Shown: positions 9,554 to 17,888 of the stretch, piece by piece
How positions within the stretch are numbered: position 1 is the first letter of the stretch
How the letters are laid out: every line of letters begins with the position of its first letter
NCBI RefSeq assembly: GCF_014396165.1
Contig: NZ_CP060715.1
Coordinates: 1,710,001 to 1,742,000 of the forward strand
Direction of reading: 5' to 3'
Length of the DNA: 32,000 bases
DNA from: Erysipelothrix inopinata
Lineage (GTDB): Bacteria; Bacillota_I; Bacilli_A; Erysipelotrichales; Erysipelotrichaceae
Notes under the pieces: model-generated
Told to the model about the DNA's origin: nothing
The model's input: the letters and a program-made list of their open reading frames with translations, nothing else
Databases searched by the model: none
Translations under genes and position numbers: made by a program

Positions 9554-10137
9554 CGTGACCCAACCTTTCTGGAGTGTAATAATTGTAATCCAAGCTTAAT
9601 CAAACCGTCCACAGATTGATCCTCTGATGCAACGAGTTCTTTTTTTATCGCATTGATTTCATTACGTTTAAATCCTAGTTCAAGAAGTGTTGCCATAACA
9701 TCATCAAGATTTGAAGATGAAGCTACAGATACATCCTGATCAGAAGATACAAATTTCCCTTTAAGATCAAGAACGATTTGGGATGCCATTTTCGGACCCA
9801 CTCCAGGGAGTGTTCTTAAGAATACAATGTCTTCGTTCTCTACTGCTTCAATTAAGCGATTTGCAGGTGCTTTTCCTAAGATTCCAAGACCTGTCTTCGG
9901 TCCAACACCTTTCACGCTTATGATTCGCTTAAATAATGCGAGTTCTTGTTTGTTTGAAAAACCAAATAAAATGATTGCATCCTCTCTCACATGCTGATAA
10001 GTATACAATACAGTGGGTTCGTTCAAAGACATCTCATGACTTTTCGCACAATAAACCTGATAACCAATTCCGTGGTTATCAATAACTACTGATTCTAAAT
10101 CTTTATCTACAACTGTTCCTGAAATAAATGCAATCAT
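9550..10137 (-). CDS. ruvA: Holliday junction DNA-binding protein RuvA
   Basis: 195 aa. N-terminal OB (MIAFISGTV...), two HhH motifs ([26 protein letters not shown]), C-terminal RuvB-binding domain. Confidence 0.93.
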   Translation of the reverse strand: MIAFISGTVVDKDLESVVIDNHGIGYQVYCAKSHEMSLNEPTVLYTYQHVREDAIILFGFSNKQELALFKRIISVKGVGPKTGLGILGKAPANRLIEAVENEDIVFLRTLPGVGPKMASQIVLDLKGKFVSSDQDVSVASSSNLDDVMATLLELGFKRNEINAIKKELVASEDQSVDGLIKLGLQLLHSRKVGSR

Positions 10138-10150
10138 AATATCACCATTC

Positions 10151-11434
10151 TTATTCTACCATACCTTCATCAAAAATGAATTGTACATCTGCTAAAATTA
10201 CTGTATCGCCATCACGAGCACCTGCGTCTCGCAGTGCTTGATCTACGCCGAGACGTTTCATAGCAAGACCAAATTGAATTACTGATTCTTCCGAATCGAA
10301 TTCAAACTGTCTAAAGATACGATCAATAGCATCTCCCGCAACACGATATGTTTCTGCATTTACACGTTCAACATCAAATTCGCGTTTTGGAGCTTCATAT
10401 TTATACACAACTGACTCTGATTGTTCTTCCACAGCTTCTTCAACTGTTTCATCAAGAATATCAGCAAGTGCATAGAGTAGTTGATCAACACCTTCACCCA
10501 CCATTGTAATAAGTTCGTATACCTTTACACCTGGATAAGCTTCTTTAAAGCGTTCTAAGTTTTCTTGAGCGCCGTCCATATCCATCTTATTGGCAACTAC
10601 TACCATTGGTTTATGAGTGAGTTTTTCATCATACTTCGCAAGTTCTTCATTAATAATGCGGTAATCTTCAACAGGATCACGACCATCTTCCGCTCCCATA
10701 TCAACAACGTGTGTTAGAACACGACAACGTTCAATATGTTTTAAGAAGACATGACCTAAGCCTTTCCCTAGGTGAGCATCTTCAATAAGACCCGGAAGGT
10801 CTGCAACTGGGAATGAACGACCATCAGGTGATTGCGCAATTCCTAAGTTTGGTGCAATTGTTGTGAAATGATAGTCAGCAATTTCAGGTTTAGCACGAGA
10901 AATAACTGATAAAAGCGTCGATTTACCCACAGATGGGAAACCAATAATTCCAACATCAGCAAGTAATTTTAATTCTATAGTGATTTCCAAGCTTTGGCCT
11001 AACTCACCTTTTTCAGCAAAATTAGGAGCTGGATTTTTAGCAGAAGCAAAACGCGTGTTACCACGACCGCCTCTTCCACCGTGTGCAATAACTTCACGTT
11101 GACCAGGACGAATGAGATCCGCTATAACAATCCCCTTCTCCGTATCCGTGACAATGGTTCCAACAGGAACTTTAATGATCGTATCTTCAGCATCACGACC
11201 ATGCATTTTTTTATTTTTTCCTGCTTGACCATGGCTTGCTTTAATTAAACGGTTATAACGCAAGTCTAAAAGTGTTGACTTGTGAGAATCCGCTACAAAT
11301 ACGATATTTCCGCCTCTACCGCCATCTCCACCGTAAGGTCCTCCTAAAGGAACATACGCTTCACGACGAAAAGACATCATTCCGTCCCCGCCATCACCGG
11401 CGACTACGTTGACTTTTACGCGATCTACAAACAT
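10151..11434 (-). CDS. obg: GTPase Obg/CgtA
   Basis: 427 aa. Glycine-rich Obg fold (GGDGGRGGNIVF, GGRGGRGN). G1 GFPSVGKST, G3 DLPGLIE, G4 NKMD. C-terminal OCT domain. Confidence 0.97.
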   Translation of the reverse strand: MFVDRVKVNVVAGDGGDGMMSFRREAYVPLGGPYGGDGGRGGNIVFVADSHKSTLLDLRYNRLIKASHGQAGKNKKMHGRDAEDTIIKVPVGTIVTDTEKGIVIADLIRPGQREVIAHGGRGGRGNTRFASAKNPAPNFAEKGELGQSLEITIELKLLADVGIIGFPSVGKSTLLSVISRAKPEIADYHFTTIAPNLGIAQSPDGRSFPVADLPGLIEDAHLGKGLGHVFLKHIERCRVLTHVVDMGAEDGRDPVEDYRIINEELAKYDEKLTHKPMVVVANKMDMDGAQENLERFKEAYPGVKVYELITMVGEGVDQLLYALADILDETVEEAVEEQSESVVYKYEAPKREFDVERVNAETYRVAGDAIDRIFRQFEFDSEESVIQFGLAMKRLGVDQALRDAGARDGDTVILADVQFIFDEGMVE

Positions 11435-11452
11435 AACATCATCCTTTCAATG

Positions 11453-11476
11453 AAAAATCCCCTAAACAGGGGATTT
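11453..11476 (-). terminator. Hairpin plus U-tract between rpmA and obg (terminator/attenuator)
   Basis: Minus-strand RNA reads AATCCCCT-GTTT-AGGGGATT followed by TTTC. Located in the 50-nt rpmA-obg gap. Confidence 0.6.
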
Positions 11477-11484
11477 GATTAGCA

Positions 11485-11769
11485 CTAAGCTACTGGATAA
11501 ACAGATACGCATTTACGGTTTTTGCTAATGCGTTCAAATTTAACTACACCGTCTACTTTAGCAAACAATGTATCGTCACCACCACGTCCAACATTAGTAC
11601 CTGGGTGAATTTTTGTACCGCGTTGACGGTAAAGAATTGAACCACCTGTTACAAATTCTCCATCAGCTGCTTTTGATCCAAGACGTTTCGAATGTGAATC
11701 ACGACCGTTCTTTGATGAACCAACACCCTTTTTAGATGCGAATAGTTGAATATCTAATTTGAATTTCAT
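11485..11769 (-). CDS. rpmA: 50S ribosomal protein L27 with N-terminal propeptide
   Basis: 94 aa. [31 protein letters not shown] shows the Firmicute-type 9-10 aa extension ahead of the conserved ASKKG N-terminus. Confidence 0.97.
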   Translation of the reverse strand: MKFKLDIQLFASKKGVGSSKNGRDSHSKRLGSKAADGEFVTGGSILYRQRGTKIHPGTNVGRGGDDTLFAKVDGVVKFERISKNRKCVSVYPVA

Positions 11770-12086
11770 GAACTTACCTCCTTTTCATGAATATTTATAT
11801 AGTTTGGATATGTCTCTTCAATTGTTTTTAATTGAAGAAGCATAAATTTAAACATTAATTGATTTGAATCGTTAACCTGGTTAATATCAATCGCCACAAG
11901 TGGTGAATCATTCATTTCCAAATTAACATCATCATCTAATTCTGAGAAAGCATTGAGCGATCCAATCATGACGGTGCTCACACCGGCACAAACCAAATCA
12001 AACCCTGGTTCTCCTGAATATGCATGCCCACTGACACGGATTCCTTTATATTGGTTTCCTTCAGTTAAGACAGATACCTTTATCAC
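11766..12086 (-). CDS. prp: Ribosomal-processing cysteine protease Prp (YsxB family)
   Basis: 106 aa, located between rplU and rpmA. His/Cys dyad context [24 protein letters not shown] overlap with rpmA. Confidence 0.9.
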   Translation of the reverse strand: MIKVSVLTEGNQYKGIRVSGHAYSGEPGFDLVCAGVSTVMIGSLNAFSELDDDVNLEMNDSPLVAIDINQVNDSNQLMFKFMLLQLKTIEETYPNYINIHEKEVSS

Positions 12087-12091
12087 TATAA

Positions 12092-12406
12092 TTAACCTGA
12101 GATGATATCTGTAACGATTAATTTAGTATAAGGTTGACGATGACCTTGTTTACGACGTGTAGATCCTTTTTTGGATTTATATTTGAAAACAGTAATTTTC
12201 TTACCTTTTCCTTGTTTTTCTACACGAGCTGTAACTGTAGCACCCTTAACATAAGGAGCTCCAACTTTTAAAGTTCTGTTTTTTACAGCAACAACTGTAT
12301 CAAAGACAACTTCTTCACCTTCTTGAACATCAAGTTTTTCTACGAAGATAGCTTGATCTTTTTCAACAAGAATTTGTTTTCCACCAGTTTCAATAATTGC
12401 GTACAT
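12092..12406 (-). CDS. rplU: 50S ribosomal protein L21
   Basis: 104 aa, [18 protein letters not shown]... SD GAAGGAGGTG. Confidence 0.97.
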   Translation of the reverse strand: MYAIIETGGKQILVEKDQAIFVEKLDVQEGEEVVFDTVVAVKNRTLKVGAPYVKGATVTARVEKQGKGKKITVFKYKSKKGSTRRKQGHRQPYTKLIVTDIISG

Positions 12407-12520
12407 AGTACACCTCCTTCAATTTGCCATAAGACTCGCCACTTAAGGTGGATTTCTCACTTGAACCTTAATATGTGCGGTTGTATGTCCTTGGGACATG
12501 CAACATACGCCTATAAATGC
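12407..12520 (-). promoter_or_regulatory. Structured 5' leader of the rplU-prp-rpmA operon (candidate L21 ribosomal-protein leader)
   Basis: About 113 nt lie between the predicted -10 and the rplU ATG. There are two hairpins on the minus-strand RNA: GTTG-c-ATGTCC-CAA-GGACAT-a-CAAC and CCAC-CTTAA-GTGG. Low-GC Gram-positives are known to carry an L21 leader at this position. Not verified against a covariance model. Confidence 0.4.
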
Positions 12521-12526
12521 TTTAAC

Positions 12527-12555
12527 ATTATAATTCAAATAGATACCGAAATCAA
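12527..12555 (-). promoter_or_regulatory. Sigma-A type promoter of the rplU operon
   Basis: Minus strand has TTGATT (12555-12550), a 17-nt spacer and TATAAT (12532-12527). Confidence 0.55.
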
Positions 12556-12824
12556 GATATTCCACTAAAAAACATCATATTTACGATTTCTAATTAAAGT
12601 AAAGCACCCATTCAGCCATGGTTTAGCCGAATCTGTTTAAATTATACACTATTCTCGCCTTTTTAACCAATATATTTACTCGAAAGTTGATTCTATACAC
12701 AAATTAATATAAACACATGTTTTCTGTCTTTTTTTCACAAGATTCTCAGTAAAACAGGACTGTTTTATGATAACATATAAGTATTATGAAAGGGACTGTT
12801 CAGAATTACAGATAAGGTCAATCT

Positions 12825-14186
12825 ATGAAAGTACAACAAACAAAAAAAGTAAGAAAATTAAATAAGAAAGCAGTCGCGATACTAACACTCATTGTCGCAG
12901 TTCTTATTACAGGAGTTACCCTTCTCATCTTGGATCCATTCAACAAATACCCAAGATATATGAGAAAAGTAGACAACTCCCTTAAACAAGCAGGAACTCA
13001 TGAAGTTACCAAAACAATGAATGACAATCTCATCCAGGTATCTCATTTCCCTAAATTCAAAAGCGAAGCAATGGATACTTGGGTAGCTGAAACACTCAAG
13101 AACCAAGAAACACAGGCACTCACTCAAGTTAAAGAAGGTACTAAAACTGAAGTACTTCAAGATTACACAAGTGAAAACGTCTTCGACATGTATACCTCCG
13201 TCGTTGTGAAGACACAGGTAAATAAAGAGACGATTGCCGAATCAGGTAAAGTGTTCTTTAAAAAAGAAGGCACTGCAGTAGAACCTTCAAACTTATTCAA
13301 CCATCAAGGCGCACGTAAATTAACATATGATATTCGCAAGGATCTAACAATCACAAACGAAAATCGTAGTGCACTCTTAAATGCAACAAAGCTAGATGCT
13401 CAGACACCATGGAGTATCAACAAAGAATCTGTTTCATTTTATCCAGAAAATAAAGCAATCACCTTCAACTTTAAAGACATCACCGATTATCTTGAAGACA
13501 AAGTTGGAGATTATACAAAGACAGATGGTGCAATTCCACCAGTTTATCTTGACGAAGGTGTCAGTGGCAATGAGAAACTTGTCGCATTCACATTCGATGA
13601 CGGTCCTCATCCAGAAAATACCAAACGCGCAATGGACATTCTTGAAAAATACAACGGTAAAGGAACTTTCTTCGTCGTCGGAGAACGCGTCGAAGGAAAT
13701 GCCGGTACAGTTCGAGATGTTATAAATCGCGGCCATCAAATCGCAAGTCACTCATACGACCATCCAAACTTAAATGGATTACCTGTTGATCAAGTACAAA
13801 AACAAATCAACGAAACAGAAGCGCTCATTCGCAAGGTATCGGGATATGAACACCCTATTATGGTTCGTCCTCCTTACGGAGCCGCAAACGAAACTGTTCG
13901 AAACAGTGTTGACGTTTCCTTTGTAAACTGGTCGATCGATAGTGAAGACTGGCGTTCACACAATGCAGAATCAATTTGTAATATTGTTGAGACCTATCAA
14001 CATGACGGGGCTATTGTTCTAATGCACGATCTTTACAAAACAACGATTGATGGATTTGAATGTTCAATTGAAAAACTAAGCCAAAAAGGTTATAAATTTG
14101 TAACAGTAGAAGAACTCTTAAAAGCTCGTAACATTCCGATTGAAAATCACAAATTGTACTTTGATGGTACAAAACCTAGAAATTAA
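12825..14186 (+). CDS. Membrane-anchored polysaccharide deacetylase, PdaC-like peptidoglycan deacetylase
   Basis: 453 aa. N-terminal TM (AVAILTLIVAVLITGVTLLIL), an extracytoplasmic domain of about 200 aa, and a C-terminal NodB domain with motifs FTFDDGP, HSYDH, RPPYG and LMHD. Size and layout resemble B. subtilis PdaC. Confidence 0.85.
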   Translation: MKVQQTKKVRKLNKKAVAILTLIVAVLITGVTLLILDPFNKYPRYMRKVDNSLKQAGTHEVTKTMNDNLIQVSHFPKFKSEAMDTWVAETLKNQETQALTQVKEGTKTEVLQDYTSENVFDMYTSVVVKTQVNKETIAESGKVFFKKEGTAVEPSNLFNHQGARKLTYDIRKDLTITNENRSALLNATKLDAQTPWSINKESVSFYPENKAITFNFKDITDYLEDKVGDYTKTDGAIPPVYLDEGVSGNEKLVAFTFDDGPHPENTKRAMDILEKYNGKGTFFVVGERVEGNAGTVRDVINRGHQIASHSYDHPNLNGLPVDQVQKQINETEALIRKVSGYEHPIMVRPPYGAANETVRNSVDVSFVNWSIDSEDWRSHNAESICNIVETYQHDGAIVLMHDLYKTTIDGFECSIEKLSQKGYKFVTVEELLKARNIPIENHKLYFDGTKPRN

Positions 14187-14192
14187 ACCTAA

Positions 14193-14216
14193 AGGAGCCC
14201 CGCTCCTTTTTTTTTT
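14193..14216 (+). terminator. Rho-independent terminator of the deacetylase gene
   Basis: AGGAGC-CCC-GCTCCT followed by a run of 9 T. It starts 7 nt after the stop codon. Confidence 0.65.
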
Positions 14217-14231
14217 GATGTTTTGCTCAAT

Positions 14232-14266
14232 AAAAAAATGCACGTACCTCTTTAGAAGTCAGTGCA
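14232..14266 (-). terminator. Rho-independent terminator of the two-component/ABC operon
   Basis: Minus-strand RNA reads TGCAC-tg-ACTTC-TAAA-GAGGT-ac-GTGCA followed by TTTTTTT, 15 nt after the permease stop. Confidence 0.55.
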
Positions 14267-14281
14267 CTTTATCTTTAAATA

Positions 14282-15541
14282 TTAGTGACCATTTTTTTCT
14301 TTTTTAATATTCTTAAAGATATCTTTCATTGAGAGCTTATTGCCATAATTTAGTGAACCGTAACGATAAATATAAATTGACAGTTTCGCTACAATGATAG
14401 TTGTTGCAATCATAACCAATGAAGAAATTAAGATTTCAATCCAGGATACCGAGGTCAACAGAACTCGAATCGGCATCGTGAATAAAGAAACAAACGGAAT
14501 ATACGAACTTATTTTGGCTAATGAACTCTGCGGCATTTGTAAACTAATTGATGCAATAACAAACGCTACAACAAACAACATTGTGATTGGTGTAACAGCG
14601 GAGTTCACATCTTCCACCTTCGAAACAAGTGATCCAAGTGAAGCATAGATAAATAAATATAATGCATAGCCAAGTACAGAGAATAGCAAATAGAGCAAGA
14701 AAACAGATGGTGTCATCGTATCTTGAAGTATTGCTAAGATCATTGGTGGATAGTTAACTTTATTAACAAGAATTCCTAACACTAAGGTAAGAAGGATTAC
14801 ACCAATTTGCAAGAGCCCAACACACCCCAACGCAGCAACTTTTCCTAAAATCAATGCCTTTGGCTTAGTACTTGTAATCAACAGTTCCATAGTACGGGAG
14901 TCTTTCTCGCGCGCAACCGAGGTTGCAACAGATTGTCCAAAGAATAAGATTAACATGTACATGATAAACATAATCGCGTAGGATACAAAGAACCCTTTAG
15001 AAGCGTCTTTTCCAAACTGTTCAACGACACCTTCAACTTTAATTGACTGTGCTTCATGAACGCGTTGTGTGTCAATTCCAAACGATGAAAGATACTCATC
15101 GGACGCATAACTTTGTAAGGCAGATTGAATCATTCCTTCTTCAAAAGAGTACATACCTTTATCATTAACTAGCATGGTATAAGAAGTCAAAGAATCAATC
15201 ACAAAACCATAGGTTATTTCTTTGTCTTCGATCGCTTGTTTAAGTGCTTCTTTTGATTCATAAACATTAACAGATTGAAGTGCAAGATAACCACTCAGTT
15301 TTTCAGAAGAAACTTCAGAACTCAGAACAAACCCTAAATCGTTTCTTTCCCCTAATGAAGGTGTCACGTTTTCACTCGTTTCAGCAGGTTTCAAGTCCGC
15401 TTTATTAAACATTTTAGAGATTGTTGGAATAGACGCTCCAATAAACATGAAAATACATAATATAATCGTAGTCGTGAGAACACTTTTCTTCTTAATCATT
15501 TCAGAAAATTCGAATTTAAATACAATATTAAAATTATTCAT
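14282..15541 (-). CDS. ABC-2 family transporter permease (NatB/YhaP-like, large extracytoplasmic loop)
   Basis: 419 aa. TM1 at about aa 21-41, a soluble loop of about 140 aa, then 5 clustered TMs in the C-terminal half. 8-nt overlap (ATGAATAA) with the upstream ATPase gene. Confidence 0.85.
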   Translation of the reverse strand: MNNFNIVFKFEFSEMIKKKSVLTTTIILCIFMFIGASIPTISKMFNKADLKPAETSENVTPSLGERNDLGFVLSSEVSSEKLSGYLALQSVNVYESKEALKQAIEDKEITYGFVIDSLTSYTMLVNDKGMYSFEEGMIQSALQSYASDEYLSSFGIDTQRVHEAQSIKVEGVVEQFGKDASKGFFVSYAIMFIMYMLILFFGQSVATSVAREKDSRTMELLITSTKPKALILGKVAALGCVGLLQIGVILLTLVLGILVNKVNYPPMILAILQDTMTPSVFLLYLLFSVLGYALYLFIYASLGSLVSKVEDVNSAVTPITMLFVVAFVIASISLQMPQSSLAKISSYIPFVSLFTMPIRVLLTSVSWIEILISSLVMIATTIIVAKLSIYIYRYGSLNYGNKLSMKDIFKNIKKEKNGH

Positions 15542-16436
15542 GGTCTTCCCTCGCTACTTCTACAAAAATATCTTGAAGACTTGGAATATAATCATCAAAA
15601 TATGATACTTCGAGGTTGTTATCGACACACGACTTCAATAGTTGTTGCTTGGTCAATGACTCAGGGCATGCAACGATAAGCGATTTCTTATCAAATTCCA
15701 AACTTACGTTTAATGTTTCTAGGTGGCTTTCTAATTCATCTCGTTGTGCACTATCAATTCTTAGTTTATTTTTACCCCAGTCTTTTTTTATTGTGCTGAG
15801 TGATCCATTAAGAACAATTCTACCTTTATCAATGATAGCAATATCATCACAGAATGTTTCAACATAACTCATTTGATGACTTGAGAAAATAATAATTCTA
15901 TCCTCAGAAATATATTCAACAAGAGCATCCTGAAACACTTTTGAGTTTACAGGGTCAAGTCCTGAAAATGGTTCATCCAAAATAAGAATATCCGGTTCAT
16001 TTAGAAATGCCTGTGTAATTTGAACTTTTTGTTGGTTTCCTTTTGACAAAGTATCTAATTTACGATTAAGATATTCTTCAATTTCAAATTTCTTAGCCCA
16101 GTATGTTGCAGATTTTCGAGCATCACTACGACTTGCTCCACGCAGCATTGCAAAGTAAATTAATTGATCCATAACTTTAGTTTTAGAATACATACCACGT
16201 TCTTCTGGCAAATATCCAATTTTATAATTCTTAGGGTCGAAAAGTTTTCCATCCATAAGAATTTCACCACTACTTGCTTTGAACACATCCATCATTATAC
16301 GAATAGATGTAGTTTTCCCAGCTCCGTTTCTTCCTAAATATCCGAAAATCTGTCCACTTTTAACCGAAAAGCTAACATCTTTTAGAACATGGAATTCTTC
16401 GAAGTATTTGTTTATACTATTGAATTCTAATTTCAT
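15534..16436 (-). CDS. ABC transporter ATP-binding protein (ABC-2 / NatA-DrrA subfamily)
   Basis: 300 aa. Walker A GRNGAGKTT, signature LSKGNQQKVQ, Walker B ILILDEPFSGLD, H-loop SSHQM, and a C-terminal extension of about 80 aa. Confidence 0.93.
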   Translation of the reverse strand: MKLEFNSINKYFEEFHVLKDVSFSVKSGQIFGYLGRNGAGKTTSIRIMMDVFKASSGEILMDGKLFDPKNYKIGYLPEERGMYSKTKVMDQLIYFAMLRGASRSDARKSATYWAKKFEIEEYLNRKLDTLSKGNQQKVQITQAFLNEPDILILDEPFSGLDPVNSKVFQDALVEYISEDRIIIFSSHQMSYVETFCDDIAIIDKGRIVLNGSLSTIKKDWGKNKLRIDSAQRDELESHLETLNVSLEFDKKSLIVACPESLTKQQLLKSCVDNNLEVSYFDDYIPSLQDIFVEVAREDHE

Positions 16437-16456
16437 AAGTTTCTTTCTCCATGTGA

Positions 16457-17884
16457 TTAAAAAAATCCATCCCGTTCATACGGTTGATGTGTAATACTTG
16501 GTGTTTCCAACTTCAAGGTATAAAAGAACGTTGATCCTTCTCCTACTGTCGACTCCACCCAACACTTGGAGCCCGTAGCATCACATATCGCTTTAACAAT
16601 TGATAAGCCGAGTCCCGAACTTTTTACAGTTCGTTTATGATTTTTATCAATCTTGTAATATCGATCCCAGATATGTTCTAGAATTTCATCAGCGATACCA
16701 ATACCATGATCTGTAACAGAAACAACTATTTCTTCCCCTACTTCATGTGTGTTTATTTCAATAATATTGTCGTCTCCGACATATTTTGTAGCATTATTTA
16801 CAAAATTATAAAGGACTTGTCCCATTTTCACTTCATCAGCCACAACTTTAACCTTAGGTTTAACATTGACCACAAAATCAACATCCATTCCTGAAAATAA
16901 AGAAACTGTTTTTTCGATATGTTTTTGTAAATTAAAGGCCGAGAGTCGGATTTCAAACGCGTTCGCTTCATATTTAGAAAGTGTCAACATATCAGTAACT
17001 AAATTCTCAAGGTGTTCTGTTTCATCTAAGATAACTCCGAGATGCTTCGCACGCATTTCCGGATCATCACCAGATAAGTCCTGAACCATTTCAGCATAAG
17101 CTCGAATCATGGTCAGCGGCGTTTTTATGTCATGTGAGACGTTTGCAACCAAGTCACGGCGAAGTTCATCGGTCTTTTTAAATTCCTGCGTTGCATAGTT
17201 AAGCGTCTTCGAGAGGGCTTTAATCTCGGTGTAATCCTCACCTTCGAAATTAACCGTTAAATCCCCCATAGCCAAACGGTTCGCACTTTCTGTAATACGT
17301 ACAATAGGAAACGATAATTTACGAGCTAAAATAAGCGTAACTATCGTTGCAATAGAAAATATAGATAACGCAATCAATGTGAATTGTTTTTTCAGTACAT
17401 GAACCGTAACATCCGCCAACTGCACAGAACCACTGACAAAAATATAGTAAACATTATCGTTGACCTTACTATATTTCCCCACTAAATGAGTTTCTTGTAG
17501 ATTGGTATCATCGACAAAAGGAATCGACATCACTCCCGATGGCGATTCATATGCCATAATCATATATTCATTGATAGTCGCTTGTGGCAACTCCTTTAAG
17601 AAACAATTACTCTTCACGTCATTAAGATTCGCAAGATTTGTTCCAAAGCCGTTGTAAATAGCTCCACAAAGATTATCGTAGCTTAAAAGCTTATTTGCTG
17701 CATCCCGCGTAGTATCTATCGAACCTTTGGACAACAAGACTTCAATTTCCGAAATTTGATTATCAATAGTTTGAACACGATTTCTTTCATAATATGATTC
17801 AACAAATGTTATTTGAAGAAGCCACAGTATTGAAAGAAGCAATGTTGTGAAAACTAAAAAATAGAACCAAATTCGAAATGCCAT
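16457..17884 (-). CDS. Sensor histidine kinase (two TMs, extracytoplasmic domain of about 140 aa, HAMP, HisKA, HATPase_c)
   Basis: H-box VANVSHDIKTPLT, N-box NFVNNATKY, G1 TDHGIGI, G2 GLGLSIVK. The track start at 17905 is a TTG. ATG 17884 lies 4 nt after the regulator stop and is preferred, but the choice is not resolved. Confidence 0.9.
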   Translation of the reverse strand: MAFRIWFYFLVFTTLLLSILWLLQITFVESYYERNRVQTIDNQISEIEVLLSKGSIDTTRDAANKLLSYDNLCGAIYNGFGTNLANLNDVKSNCFLKELPQATINEYMIMAYESPSGVMSIPFVDDTNLQETHLVGKYSKVNDNVYYIFVSGSVQLADVTVHVLKKQFTLIALSIFSIATIVTLILARKLSFPIVRITESANRLAMGDLTVNFEGEDYTEIKALSKTLNYATQEFKKTDELRRDLVANVSHDIKTPLTMIRAYAEMVQDLSGDDPEMRAKHLGVILDETEHLENLVTDMLTLSKYEANAFEIRLSAFNLQKHIEKTVSLFSGMDVDFVVNVKPKVKVVADEVKMGQVLYNFVNNATKYVGDDNIIEINTHEVGEEIVVSVTDHGIGIADEILEHIWDRYYKIDKNHKRTVKSSGLGLSIVKAICDATGSKCWVESTVGEGSTFFYTLKLETPSITHQPYERDGFF

Positions 17885-17888
17885 GTTT

